From the NCBI GenBank assembly GCA_963787835.1, contig CAWBEI010000002.1, positions 1,408,001 through 1,472,000 on the forward strand: a stretch of 64,000 nucleotides of DNA. The letters are read 5' to 3'. The DNA comes from Ignavibacteriota bacterium. Its GTDB lineage: Bacteria; Bacteroidota; Ignavibacteria; Palsa-1295. Positions within the stretch are counted from its first letter, which is position 1. Each line of letters opens with the position of its first letter. A program made the translations under genes and the position numbers. The notes beneath the pieces are model-generated. The model saw only the letters and a program-made list of their open reading frames with translations. It had not been told where the DNA came from and searched no databases. Shown piece after piece: positions 18,968-28,980 of this stretch.

Positions 18968-19891
18968 TTAATCTTCGTGAAATGCTGGGCGATTAACTTC
19001 GATCGGGCGCATCACAATAATACCTGTTTGAACGCTCGTGTGGGTAAGGTATTCTGCCAGTGGATCTTCGCTGATAATAACGTTACCCTTCACACTCGAA
19101 GCATGCATGAAATGTATTCGCCCATCTGGCATTCGAATTGCGATCCCGGTGTGTGAGCAATCTAGGCCTGCAACATTGGTTGTGATCCCGAGAATATCGC
19201 CTGTTTTGATTCCTGATTCGATTGCCGCAACATCGGATTTTGGGATATAGTAGAAATTCTTTCGAGTATTGATCTCTTTTTCGATCTGAAGCATTCCGCG
19301 ATATTCTGAACCCTTTGGAGTCAATTGATCGTAGTAGTCAGGATGCGTGGTCATAAAATCGATCGTGCGATCGTCCAGCGTTGCACAGTGTTTGCCCACT
19401 TCACGGGTAACGTCATGCAGCACTCCTTTTTGCCCGTTGTTATAAAAATAATCGATGGTATAATGCAGCCGGGAGTGGAAGCCATTAATTTTTCCATCCC
19501 GGTAGCGCAGGAAGGTTAGCTCATCCCTGAAATGCTGTAAGGTAGGATCGGCGTATTCTTTTATGATACGCGCGAAGGCAAGCGTGTTCTCATAAAACGT
19601 TACGCAATCGAAACCCTGAAGATCGATCACTAACTGTTCATTCGTGGAGTCGGTATTTAAGGTTCCTCCCACATATGGAGTTCCAAGAAACAGCTTACCC
19701 ATTGCGGCAACCCGTTCGCCGATGGGGAGCCTATCCAGATGTTCCACCTTTGCTTGCTTGATCTTCGCAGCAAAAATGGAATCGTCAACGCTGGTTTGTG
19801 CGAGAAGCATAGTGGACGGGGCGGACGCAATGAACACTATGGACACGACCACGACGAGCACATTTTTTAGAATGCGCTGGCTATTTTCCAC
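18968..19891 (-). CDS. DUF1460 / NlpC-P60-like amidase
   Basis: FLGTPY, FDCVTFYE, SRLHY, GLDCSHTG, HASS; start uncertain (GTG at 19891 or 19861). Confidence 0.88.
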   Translation of the reverse strand: MENSQRILKNVLVVVVSIVFIASAPSTMLLAQTSVDDSIFAAKIKQAKVEHLDRLPIGERVAAMGKLFLGTPYVGGTLNTDSTNEQLVIDLQGFDCVTFYENTLAFARIIKEYADPTLQHFRDELTFLRYRDGKINGFHSRLHYTIDYFYNNGQKGVLHDVTREVGKHCATLDDRTIDFMTTHPDYYDQLTPKGSEYRGMLQIEKEINTRKNFYYIPKSDVAAIESGIKTGDILGITTNVAGLDCSHTGIAIRMPDGRIHFMHASSVKGNVIISEDPLAEYLTHTSVQTGIIVMRPIEVNRPAFHED

Positions 19892-19928
19892 TATCCACTT
19901 TCCACTATCCACTGTTCGATATCCACTA
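19887..19928 (-). repeat. Six tandem heptamers (TAGTGGA-type), solo arm
   Basis: Plus strand tccacta tccactt tccacta tccactg ttcgata tccacta, abutting the yicC stop. Confidence 0.9.
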
Positions 19929-20831
19929 CTATTCAATATTTTGTATCTGTTCGCGCATTTTCTCAAGCTCTTCCTTAATGGCGACCACATGATGCGCTAC
20001 TTCGGCGGAGTTCGTTTTCGATCCCATCGTATTGACCTCGCGGTTCATTTCCTGCATAATGAAATTGAGCTTTCGTCCTGCGGATTCCGCTCCGTCCATG
20101 GCTTCCAAGAAGAATTTTACATGGGAACGGAAGCGAACCAGCTCTTCCGTAATGTCTAGATGTTCCGCAATAAGCGCGATCTCGAGTTCCAGCCGTTGTT
20201 CGGCAAGGACTTGCATATCTTTCGTAAGCTCTAAAATTCTTTCCTTCAGTTTATTATACTCGTCCTGTGCAGCAAGTTTCGATAGCCGCTCGATGTCATT
20301 CGTGCGTGTTTCCATCGTCGCAAGGCGCGCACGGATGTCCCGTTCCAGTTCGCCGCCTTCGGAACGGCGCATGGCGTTTAGCTGCTCGATGGCTTCGTCG
20401 ATCGCAGTTTGCGTGAGTTCCCATTCGAGGTTCGCAGCGCCGGAGCCTGCTTCTTCCGCTGTGAAAATGTCGCCGAACGCCGTGAGGTCGCGAAGCTGAA
20501 TTTCTGCAGTAAGCCCTGTTGCCGTTCGAAGCTGATCGAGCAGTTTGAAGTAGGCTTTTGCCACGGGCTCATTGACGTGCAGAGGAATATCCTCCGACCC
20601 TTGCCGGTCGATGGAGATATTGAGCGATATTTTGCCACGTTCAAGGCGCTTGCGAAGCAGTTCACGGCATTCCAGCTCGCGTTCGGCTAGGGTGCGCGGC
20701 AGGCGGACGGCGATCTCGATAAAGCGGGAATTCACGCTGCGCGCTTCTACGCTCACCGTGATCGTTGCGCCGCTGCCTTCGATAGTTTTCGTTCGTTCGC
20801 TCCGGCCAAAGCCGGTCATGGAAATTAGCAT
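19929..20831 (-). CDS. yicC: YicC/YloC family endoribonuclease
   Basis: SMTGFG, SVNSRF, DITEELVR, GRKLNF, EMNREVNT, REQIQNIE. Confidence 0.95.
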   Translation of the reverse strand: MLISMTGFGRSERTKTIEGSGATITVSVEARSVNSRFIEIAVRLPRTLAERELECRELLRKRLERGKISLNISIDRQGSEDIPLHVNEPVAKAYFKLLDQLRTATGLTAEIQLRDLTAFGDIFTAEEAGSGAANLEWELTQTAIDEAIEQLNAMRRSEGGELERDIRARLATMETRTNDIERLSKLAAQDEYNKLKERILELTKDMQVLAEQRLELEIALIAEHLDITEELVRFRSHVKFFLEAMDGAESAGRKLNFIMQEMNREVNTMGSKTNSAEVAHHVVAIKEELEKMREQIQNIE

Positions 20832-20873
20832 GGTGCGTAAACCGTACATAACCCAACTTTAGTTGGGTGAATG

Positions 20874-21986
20874 TTAATGCCGGAGGCGAAGAAGCACATC
20901 CTCTGACCCTTCAACACGCTCAACGGCGTGAAGCGTGAGCTTGCGAGCGTTCTCGATCGAGAGCAGGCCCATCGGCCCGACCGAAGGCCGGGCGTCGCCG
21001 CCAAAGATCATCGGCCCATAAAAAATATCGAGTTCATCGAAAAGATCTTGTTGAAGGATGCTTGCCGCAAGAGTCTGGCCCGGCTCGATAAGCAGGCTGG
21101 AGATGCCCTTTTTGCCAAGCTGGTGAAGCATCTGCTGAAGATCGATCCTGTCGTTGCTTCCTTCGACGGGCAGAAGTTCAAATCCCATTGGCACGAAATC
21201 ATCGCCACGTTCTGCAAGCGCTTCGGGAGTCGTAACGATGATGGTATCCGATTTGCGCTTGTCGGTAAAAAGCTTCAGCGTATTCGGAAGCTCAAGCCGG
21301 GCGTCAAGCACAATTCTTCGAGGCTGCCGCCCCGATGTATAGCGCACCGTGAGTTCAGGATCATCAAGCATCGCCGTTCGCGCGCCGATAAGCACCGCAT
21401 CGTGCGAGGCGCGCAGTTGGTGAACGATCGTTCGAGAAGCCAGCGATGTGATCCATCGGGATTCACCGGACGCAAGCGCGCTCCTGCCATCGAGCGTGGA
21501 GGCGAGTTTCATCGTAACGTACGGCAGACCTGTTGTGATATGTTTAATGAAAAAGCGATTCAACTCCCGCGCCTCATCTTCGAGCAAGCCAACCTGCACT
21601 TCCATTCCTGCATCCTGTAACTCACGGATCCCCATGCCACTCACTTTCGGGTTGGGATCTTCCATTGCGATAATGCATCGCGCGATCCCTTTTTCTAGCA
21701 GCAGCTTTGTGCAGGGCGGAGTTTTACCGGTATGGGCATGAGGTTCAAGCGTGACGTAGGCTGTAGCGCCTCGCACGGAATGGCCGTTAGCTTCCGCATC
21801 CAGAATGGCATTCACCTCGGCGTGAGGGCCTCCGAACACCAGATGCGCGCCTTCACCGAGTATCGCGCCGCTATCATCGCAAATAACACAACCGACCAAC
21901 GGGTTGGGGCTGACATATCCCACCCCCGCGAGCGCACGTGAAAGCGCGCGCTGCATCATGTGCTCATCAAATTCCGTAAACGGCAT
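20874..21986 (-). CDS. ribD: Riboflavin biosynthesis deaminase/reductase
   Basis: PNPLVGC, HAEVNA, VTLEP, TPPC, SRWIT. Confidence 0.96.
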   Translation of the reverse strand: MPFTEFDEHMMQRALSRALAGVGYVSPNPLVGCVICDDSGAILGEGAHLVFGGPHAEVNAILDAEANGHSVRGATAYVTLEPHAHTGKTPPCTKLLLEKGIARCIIAMEDPNPKVSGMGIRELQDAGMEVQVGLLEDEARELNRFFIKHITTGLPYVTMKLASTLDGRSALASGESRWITSLASRTIVHQLRASHDAVLIGARTAMLDDPELTVRYTSGRQPRRIVLDARLELPNTLKLFTDKRKSDTIIVTTPEALAERGDDFVPMGFELLPVEGSNDRIDLQQMLHQLGKKGISSLLIEPGQTLAASILQQDLFDELDIFYGPMIFGGDARPSVGPMGLLSIENARKLTLHAVERVEGSEDVLLRLRH

Positions 21987-22026
21987 GATACTCTAACAAT
22001 CAATCCTCCGAATCCTTCCTATCCTC

Positions 22027-22118
22027 GTAGCCGTGTCCTTCAGGCCACGGTTGCGGAGCGGTCACACACACCGTGACCCTTCGGCAAGCTCAGGGCAGGC
22101 TCTGAAGGTCACGGCTAC
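22027..22118. repeat. GTAG-type REP doublet with a 24-bp insert in the right copy
   Basis: gtagccgtgtccttcaggccacgg ... ccgtgac[ccttcggcaagctcagggcaggct]ctgaaggtcacggctac. Confidence 0.85.
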
Positions 22119-22123
22119 AAAAC

Positions 22124-22158
22124 AAAAGAGCCCTTCTCTTACGAGAAGGTTTTTTTTT
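22124..22158 (-). terminator. Rho-independent terminator
   Basis: ccttctc-ttac-gagaagg stem with A/T tracts on both sides. Confidence 0.8.
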
Positions 22159-22175
22159 GAAAAACCAGGGATGGA

Positions 22176-24539
22176 TTATTTTAGAATGACCATCTGTCGC
22201 GTAAGCGTTACACCGCCTGCGGTCATTTGGTAATAATAGGTACCGCTTGCAAGGCCATCAGCCTTGAGGGTTACGCCGAAGGTACCGGCATCGAAATGCT
22301 GATTGAGCACGGTCTGAACAACCTGGCCATCCACATTAATGATGCTCAAGTTAACCATTCCGCCGACCGGAAGCGTGATCTCCACCTGGCTCGAAGCACC
22401 GAACGGATTCGGGTAATTCTGATCGAGGCTGTAACCGTTGGACTCTGCAACAATCGGCACACTTGCCGTCGTCGCATTACCGGTGAGCACTACATTTGCA
22501 GCCGGAAGCGAAGTTCCAATTGCGGTTGGGAATTGAACCGTTTGCGTCGCCGTGGCTGCAGAGGTTGGACTAAATGTGAACATCAGTTCTGCGCTGTCTC
22601 CAGCAGCGATCGTTGTGTCACCGCTGACGTAGGTGAATGGCGGTGTGACCACTGGCGTACCCGTTGCCCAATCACACGTTCCGGTGTTCTTGACCTTTGC
22701 GGCAAATGGCGCGGAGGTAGATCCAACAGTTGTGAGTTGGGAACTTCCGTTTCCAGCGATCTTGGGTGCGCCGCCAGAGGGATCAAGCCAAATGCCACCT
22801 GATATTATCCCATCGTCCCTGTTCATAGTCAAGAGCTGTGTCTCTTCAATACCGACTTTTGTAGGAATGAATCGAATGCCAAAAGAATATGTCCCGCCTG
22901 GCGGAACCGTGGGTGACGTGGTCGGAGTAACAAATTTAAAATCGGCAGAATCGCGCTGGGCGAGCGAGGCTGAATAAACATCAGACACGTTCCCAACATT
23001 GTTTACATAGACGATGCCAAGACTCGAATCACCTAGACATGTCACCGGTGAAAATCCTGTTTCGAGATCAATATAATAGCTGATTAACGTCCCATAGACG
23101 GAGAGCTTATGCAGAGCGACTCCTTCAACGCCGCTACCATAGTTCGCAGTCACGTCTAAGAATCCTGTGTACAGTCCCGTATCCCCAGGATCTGCGCAGA
23201 CAGTAATAATCCTACTTGAATCTGGTTCAAGAACGAACGGTACCGAAGGGTATTTAGGAATGCTAAATGCCGACGTGAGCCCGTTAGTACCTACAAGAAT
23301 GTATGTGATCGTAATAGGACCCTGACCTACATTCCGAATGGTGTCGGTCAGACAGGATTCAGTGCCTACAGGAACGGAGTCATACGATGTTGGCCCAGTG
23401 ACTTCCAGCGCACCCGTTACTGAATCGCCTATTCCCACAATATCGACCACGAATGAACTCGTATCTTTTGGCGGAGTGGTCTCGGTCAGCGGGATGTCTG
23501 TGAGGATACGTAAGGTGGCAACGCGGGTGCCGGCCTTGATGGGAGTAAAGCACACCTGGATATTCGCGGTGCCACCCGGCGGGATCAATGTGTCCCTGCT
23601 GGTAAGCGGCGTAAATGTAAAATCGCGGTCCGCATCCTCGAAATAATTCTTCGTGATCGCCACCGTATCCGAGCCGGGATTCCAAAGCTGGAACTGCAAA
23701 CAGGAGCTTGCCCCAAGTCCAATGGAATCGAAATTCAGCGTCAAAGGAAGCGGATAGGTTTTACCGCTATCGATCGACAAATGTGGAAGGATTCCCACAC
23801 CCTCCATGATGATGGTGTCGGAGGGTATATTCACGGCGTTGCTGGAGATCACAATTCGAGCGTCGGGAATGCCTTCGAAATCAGGAGTGAATCTCACGCC
23901 GATCGAATCCTTATCCCCCGCCGGAATGGTGCCAGCGGGCATACGCGTGATAAAGCACGCGCGCGAGCCATCCCGCCCGATAATACTGACCCCTGTGATC
24001 GCAAGCGGCCCAACGCCTGTCGAGTTGACGTACAAATATTGCACATTCGAAGTATCGGTAACCCTCACTTTGGTGCCGGCAAACATTGTGGATGCGCTAT
24101 AGGAAACGGAAGGAATCGCACTGATGCCGGTTAGACTTGTGGCCTGCGTTCCTGAATCCACACCGGTCGTCGTGACGGTCAGCGTACCAGTTTCCGTTCC
24201 ATAAGCAAAAGGAAGAAATTGAATGCCGATCAACTCGTAGTTCCCGGCCGGAATGCTGTCTCCCACTTGTGCGCCGCTAATTTGCGAATAATAGATGGAT
24301 CCGGTAAAGGCAATGTTAGTGATGCCAAGCTTCGTCCCGGCCGCGCCGACGTTCTTGATGGTGTCATAAAGCGTATCGGGTGAATTCGATGTGGCTGTCC
24401 CGAAATTTAGGAGCTTGGGGTTCGGCGCGAGTGAAAGCTCGGCAGATTGAGCGTGTGCGCTCGTTGAAACCAAGAGAGCAACACATAGCACCATCATCAG
24501 ATGGATACCTGTGACCAATGATCTATTCAGGGTTTTCAT
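22176..24539 (-). CDS. T9SS-secreted ASH/choice-of-anchor D repeat protein (paralog without head domain)
   Basis: Signal peptide; LNFG/LNFD Ig units; QNYPNPF...LASGTYYYQM...MVILK CTD. Confidence 0.88.
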   Translation of the reverse strand: MKTLNRSLVTGIHLMMVLCVALLVSTSAHAQSAELSLAPNPKLLNFGTATSNSPDTLYDTIKNVGAAGTKLGITNIAFTGSIYYSQISGAQVGDSIPAGNYELIGIQFLPFAYGTETGTLTVTTTGVDSGTQATSLTGISAIPSVSYSASTMFAGTKVRVTDTSNVQYLYVNSTGVGPLAITGVSIIGRDGSRACFITRMPAGTIPAGDKDSIGVRFTPDFEGIPDARIVISSNAVNIPSDTIIMEGVGILPHLSIDSGKTYPLPLTLNFDSIGLGASSCLQFQLWNPGSDTVAITKNYFEDADRDFTFTPLTSRDTLIPPGGTANIQVCFTPIKAGTRVATLRILTDIPLTETTPPKDTSSFVVDIVGIGDSVTGALEVTGPTSYDSVPVGTESCLTDTIRNVGQGPITITYILVGTNGLTSAFSIPKYPSVPFVLEPDSSRIITVCADPGDTGLYTGFLDVTANYGSGVEGVALHKLSVYGTLISYYIDLETGFSPVTCLGDSSLGIVYVNNVGNVSDVYSASLAQRDSADFKFVTPTTSPTVPPGGTYSFGIRFIPTKVGIEETQLLTMNRDDGIISGGIWLDPSGGAPKIAGNGSSQLTTVGSTSAPFAAKVKNTGTCDWATGTPVVTPPFTYVSGDTTIAAGDSAELMFTFSPTSAATATQTVQFPTAIGTSLPAANVVLTGNATTASVPIVAESNGYSLDQNYPNPFGASSQVEITLPVGGMVNLSIINVDGQVVQTVLNQHFDAGTFGVTLKADGLASGTYYYQMTAGGVTLTRQMVILK

Positions 24540-24655
24540 ATCAATCTCCTAAAAAATATTGAACATTTGAAAGGACGAAACACAGACGAACGTCGATATT
24601 ACAGGGAAATGGAACCCAAAAATAAGTGGTCAGGTTCGCTGAAAAATTTCAATAA

Positions 24656-24685
24656 AAAAGCCCTTCTCTTTCGAGAAGGGCTTTT
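24656..24685 (-). terminator. Rho-independent terminator, paralogous to 22124-22158
   Basis: aaaagcccttctc-tttc-gagaagggctttt. Confidence 0.85.
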
Positions 24686-24705
24686 CTTGAAAAACCAGGA
24701 ATGGG

Positions 24706-27597
24706 CTATTTTAGAATGACCATCTGCCGGGTGAGCGTAACGCCGCCAGCAGTCATCTGATAATAATAGGTACCGCTTGCAAGGCCATCTGCCTTAAGCG
24801 TCACGCCGAACGTACCGGCATCGAAATGCTGATTGAGCACCGTCTGAACGACCTGCCCTTCGACATTGATGATGCTCAGGTTCACCATTCCACCAACCGG
24901 CAGCGAGATCGAAAGCTCACTCGATCCACTGAACGGATTCGGGTAATTCTGATCGAGGCTATAGCCATTCGACTCTGCAACCGTGGATACGCCCGCCGTT
25001 GTGCTGGAGCCCGATAAGCTCACGATCGGTGTGGGCGATACAACCCCAGCTTGGTTCGGGAAGTTCACGGTCGCAGTATCGATGCCTGCTTTGGTTGGGC
25101 TATAGGTGAAGTACTCGTTCGCACTTCCGCCGCCCGCAATGGGGGTTGTGCCACCACTTGAGTAAGTGAATACAGAGTTCGTTGCGGTCTGTCCCGGTCC
25201 TGGCGTCCACGGGCAGGTTCCGGTATTGTTGATGACCACAAGGAAGGAATCGGAGGTCATGCCAACCGTGGTGAGCGGTGCGGTTCCCGAGCCACCAACG
25301 ACTGCGCTGCCGCCGGTCGTCGTGAATGGGAACGTTACTGTGGCACCGCCCGTGATATTCAGAGTTCCGGCAGCCGGACCGATACCACTAAAGGCAACTT
25401 TGAACGTCGCTACGCCGCCCGTATTTTCAAGAGGCGAGCTTGACGAGCCAACGAGCGTATAACCGGCACCCGTCACAATGGCGGTATAGGTTTCCGGAAC
25501 GTTACCCGTATTCATGACGGTAAATACCGCGGTATCCGGCCCGCATTGTTCGGTAAGGAATGGTTGTGTATTGACTCCAGTATCATTAACCAACAATCCA
25601 TACACGGAAAGCGCAAGCGATGCGGAATCCGAAACGCCTTCACCGGAAGAGCCATACAATGTCATGAGGGCCGTTCGTATGCCAGAGTCATCGGGCGAGG
25701 CACACTCGGTAAACGTCTGATGCGAATAGGGCGCCAAAACGATCGGCCATTGGAGTTGGAGATATCCGGCGTCAAAATTATTGACATTCGCACCCGAAAT
25801 GACTCCCTTTGTAATGGTGATGGTAGTCGCACCGCTATTCCAGATGGTGTCCGTTACGCAGCCTTGTACATCACCAACCATCACGTTCCCATTGGTAGCC
25901 GGTCCTGTGATATAAAACCCGCCCGTTGGTACACCCGTGCCAATAAAGTTAACCACGAAGGAACTGGTATCCTGCGGCGGTTTCGTTTGGGTGAGCGGGA
26001 TATTGGTGGTGATACGCAGCGATGCCAAGCGATAACCCGGCTTCAGCGGAGTGAAGCAAACCTGAATGTTCTGCGAGCCACCTGGTGGAATCAGCGTGTC
26101 CGGGCCCGTCAGCGGCGTAAGGCTGAAATCGTAATCTGCGCTTTGGAAGTAATTGTGCGTGATCGCGATCGTGTCAGAACCCGGGTTGGTCAACAGGATC
26201 GTCATGCAGGAATCCACGCCGACCGGAACCGAATCGAAATTAATCGTGATGGGGTTCGGATAGGAATTATTGATCGTCAGGTGTGGCAGGATACCAACAC
26301 CATCCATAGTAACGGTGTCGGTCGGGTTGTTGAGGCCTGTGGAACCGATCACCATGTGTGCATCCGGCAGGCCTTCGAAATCCGGTGTGAAAATAACGCC
26401 GATAGAATCGACTCCGCCCGGTGGAATCGCGCCCGCAGGCAAGTGCGTGACAGAATAATCCGTGGAATTTAGTCCGTAGAAATAGACACTATTTACGACC
26501 AGAGGTCCCAGCCCTACGGAATTGACATAAAGATACTTTACACTGGATGTCTTGGTTAACTCAACGTTCACACCGCGGAACATATTAGTTGCGCTGTACG
26601 AAACGGCTGGAACCGCGCCAATCCCCATCAAGTTAACTTGCTGGGTTCCAGAGTCCAGGCCATTGGTTGCGACGTAAAAGGTTCCGAGGAGCGAGCCATT
26701 CGAAAGCGGCAGAAATTGAATGCCATATTGAACGGTGCTGCCCGGCGCAACGACGCTGCCATTTTCAGGGCCACTGACGAGCGAGTATGCAGAAGAGCCT
26801 GAAAAACTAGTGCTGTTAATAATGAGCGGTGCAGAACCGACATTTTGTACATAGGCGTACAGTGTGACCGGTGCATTCGGCGTAGCGGTTCCAAAGTTTA
26901 GAGTTTTTGGTGTCAGCGCAAGCTCCGGCATCGGAGGCGGTGGGTACGCGGTGATCGTCACATTCGTGATCGCGGCATCAGACAAACCCGGACCCGGATA
27001 TTCATCGTAATTCCCCAAGAAATTGATCTGCAGATCCGAAGTCCGATCCTCGACGGGAATGAGAATGTGATAGTGCTGCCAGTTTGAAGAAGAGGAAGAT
27101 GCTACATCGTAGTTATAATCGTCGGGGTTGTAATACGTGTATAACTGGTCGGTTGTACCGCTTACAAGCACATCCGAGTTAGCGTCGATCTCGAATTCAT
27201 CGAGCGTATAGCCAAAATCATATTGATATTCATAGTCGTACCCATTATACTCCCAGAACATATCGAAATCAACCCATACCGAATCGCCTTCGGCCGTATA
27301 AGAACTCGCGTCCACCGACGGCGTGGTCAACGGTTGGTCGTTATAGTCCCAAATGTCATCCATGGCAGATCCGCCGGACCCATTCGGATTCACCGAGTTC
27401 CAGAACCATTGTCCCGGGTATTGATTGTCGGAGCCCCAATTTGCAGACCAACCGTCGGGCAGGCTATTCGAAGTAAACGACTGCTCCGTAAGAAGTCTTG
27501 CATATTGCGCCGAGGCGTTCGATGCACAAAGCGTGGCAAATAGTAACACAGCCAGCAGGCGGAAGCCTGTCGGCAAGAATCTGTTCCAAGTTTTCAT
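24706..27597 (-). CDS. T9SS-secreted ASH/choice-of-anchor D protein with an acidic, aromatic N-terminal head
   Basis: Colinear with 22176..24539 plus a ~190-aa D/Y/W-rich head (LPDGW...LTTPSVD...WQH, adhesin/MAM-like). Confidence 0.85.
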   Translation of the reverse strand: MKTWNRFLPTGFRLLAVLLFATLCASNASAQYARLLTEQSFTSNSLPDGWSANWGSDNQYPGQWFWNSVNPNGSGGSAMDDIWDYNDQPLTTPSVDASSYTAEGDSVWVDFDMFWEYNGYDYEYQYDFGYTLDEFEIDANSDVLVSGTTDQLYTYYNPDDYNYDVASSSSSNWQHYHILIPVEDRTSDLQINFLGNYDEYPGPGLSDAAITNVTITAYPPPPMPELALTPKTLNFGTATPNAPVTLYAYVQNVGSAPLIINSTSFSGSSAYSLVSGPENGSVVAPGSTVQYGIQFLPLSNGSLLGTFYVATNGLDSGTQQVNLMGIGAVPAVSYSATNMFRGVNVELTKTSSVKYLYVNSVGLGPLVVNSVYFYGLNSTDYSVTHLPAGAIPPGGVDSIGVIFTPDFEGLPDAHMVIGSTGLNNPTDTVTMDGVGILPHLTINNSYPNPITINFDSVPVGVDSCMTILLTNPGSDTIAITHNYFQSADYDFSLTPLTGPDTLIPPGGSQNIQVCFTPLKPGYRLASLRITTNIPLTQTKPPQDTSSFVVNFIGTGVPTGGFYITGPATNGNVMVGDVQGCVTDTIWNSGATTITITKGVISGANVNNFDAGYLQLQWPIVLAPYSHQTFTECASPDDSGIRTALMTLYGSSGEGVSDSASLALSVYGLLVNDTGVNTQPFLTEQCGPDTAVFTVMNTGNVPETYTAIVTGAGYTLVGSSSSPLENTGGVATFKVAFSGIGPAAGTLNITGGATVTFPFTTTGGSAVVGGSGTAPLTTVGMTSDSFLVVINNTGTCPWTPGPGQTATNSVFTYSSGGTTPIAGGGSANEYFTYSPTKAGIDTATVNFPNQAGVVSPTPIVSLSGSSTTAGVSTVAESNGYSLDQNYPNPFSGSSELSISLPVGGMVNLSIINVEGQVVQTVLNQHFDAGTFGVTLKADGLASGTYYYQMTAGGVTLTRQMVILK

Positions 27598-27631
27598 AAG
27601 AATTTCCGAAATGTAATGATGAGTAAATATT

Positions 27632-27727
27632 GACGAAGAACAAGGATCGACCGTTGAACAAAGATTGACCGAAGAACAAAAGGTTTAAAACAGACCGAAA
27701 AACAAAGGATCGAAAGAAGAACAAAAG
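27632..27727. repeat. Five imperfect ~18-bp direct repeats (GACCGAAGAACAAAGGATC) upstream of the adhesin gene
   Basis: Copies start at 27632, 27649, 27667, 27693 and 27712. Confidence 0.75.
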
Positions 27728-27836
27728 AAACCCTGACACGCATACGACACGGGAATCACCTCAAAAGTTACATCATTTTTTCAGATTATTCATTATTTTT
27801 CAATAATTTAAACCACGGTTAATGGGGCAGGTCTGT

Positions 27837-28715
27837 TTAGATCGGGCTTTGTTGGACCACAGTATATCCCAGCTTTCGCAGCCCCTCAACAATACCTTTC
27901 TCACCGGCAAGATGCCCTGCTCCCACGGCAATAAATGCATGGTGATGATCGAGTATGGCGGGCAGCGCTTGCAGCCATTTCTTATTGCGGTCGTATAGCA
28001 TCGATGCCATTTCATCTGGGGAGAACGCACCCAGCGAAGGGTCATCCAAAATTTCCGTGATCTTACCGGCACGGTATTCATTAAGCATGGTATCCATCTG
28101 CAACATGGCTGATTTGGGATGCTGCACCAGATCGACAAGCTCGCTCACTTGCTCATCGATCGGGATCGAGTCGAGGACCTGTTCCTGATCGTCCGCGCTT
28201 TCCAGGCCGATCACCTTTGCACCGTTTTTCGCCGCTTCCTGTTCGAAAAAAAGATCCATCGGAATGCCCGAAACATGATTTTCCGGATGAGCCTTTTCAT
28301 ACATTCCTTCCAGGATCATCGAATAAATAACGATGGGTTCGGCATGATTCAAAAGCATCAGCGGAGCGGGTGAGTACTCTTTTACAGCTTCGGAGACAAG
28401 GTGATATTGCTTCTTCGAGAGCAAGCTATCGAGCGGCGGAGCATCGAGCAGGCCTTCGAGCACATCGGTTGTCATCATGCTGTCCAATGCCAATTCACCG
28501 ACGACGATATCGGCCCGTTTCAGCGCAGCCATAAGATGCGGCATGGTATCGACGTAGCCGCCTTCGAGCAAATGCATAGTTCCGAACAAATAGGTGGTAT
28601 CCGCGGAGCCAGGCCGCGTGACCTGGTAAAATGGCAGTTTGGATGCCACGCTGGTGGTAGCACCATGATGGAGCGGCGAACAAAAAAGCAGGGCAGATAA
28701 AAAAGTAAGATACAT
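27837..28715 (-). CDS. TraB/GumN family protein
   Basis: YLFGTMH, MDLFF, GLES, RNKKW, FIAVGAGHL. Confidence 0.93.
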   Translation of the reverse strand: MYLTFLSALLFCSPLHHGATTSVASKLPFYQVTRPGSADTTYLFGTMHLLEGGYVDTMPHLMAALKRADIVVGELALDSMMTTDVLEGLLDAPPLDSLLSKKQYHLVSEAVKEYSPAPLMLLNHAEPIVIYSMILEGMYEKAHPENHVSGIPMDLFFEQEAAKNGAKVIGLESADDQEQVLDSIPIDEQVSELVDLVQHPKSAMLQMDTMLNEYRAGKITEILDDPSLGAFSPDEMASMLYDRNKKWLQALPAILDHHHAFIAVGAGHLAGEKGIVEGLRKLGYTVVQQSPI

Positions 28716-28786
28716 ACTGATGATTAAACACTCATTACCTGAGTTCCGTCCGCTTCCGATCCCAATCTCAATCATAATATGAAGTT

Positions 28787-28869
28787 TGTCATTCCCGCGA
28801 AAGCGGGAATCCAGACCCACAATTTGCGGCCAATCTCGAACTTGGATTCCCGCTTTCGCGGGAATGACA
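28787..28869. repeat. dRS3-like palindromic repeat doublet
   Basis: tgtcattcccgcgaaagcgggaatcca ... tggattcccgctttcgcgggaatgaca. Confidence 0.9.
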
Positions 28870-28980
28870 GATGGCTCATGCACAACGCGACTTTTTGCCC
28901 GCAAAGGAATTCTTTCGCGCCTGCATTGTTCATAAGCCCTCCTCAAAAAACGGAGCTATCCTCAAAACAAAGAGTTATAA

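Noticed and set aside
27632-27727. CRISPR array (also 60681-60760)
   Set aside because: The repeats are short, degenerate and tandem, with no unique spacers and no cas genes.
28716-28946. Long N-terminal extensions in the ORF track (TraB; also murC, DUF1460, DUF4258, lolA)
   Set aside because: They read through palindromic repeats or neighbouring genes; downstream starts fit the families better.
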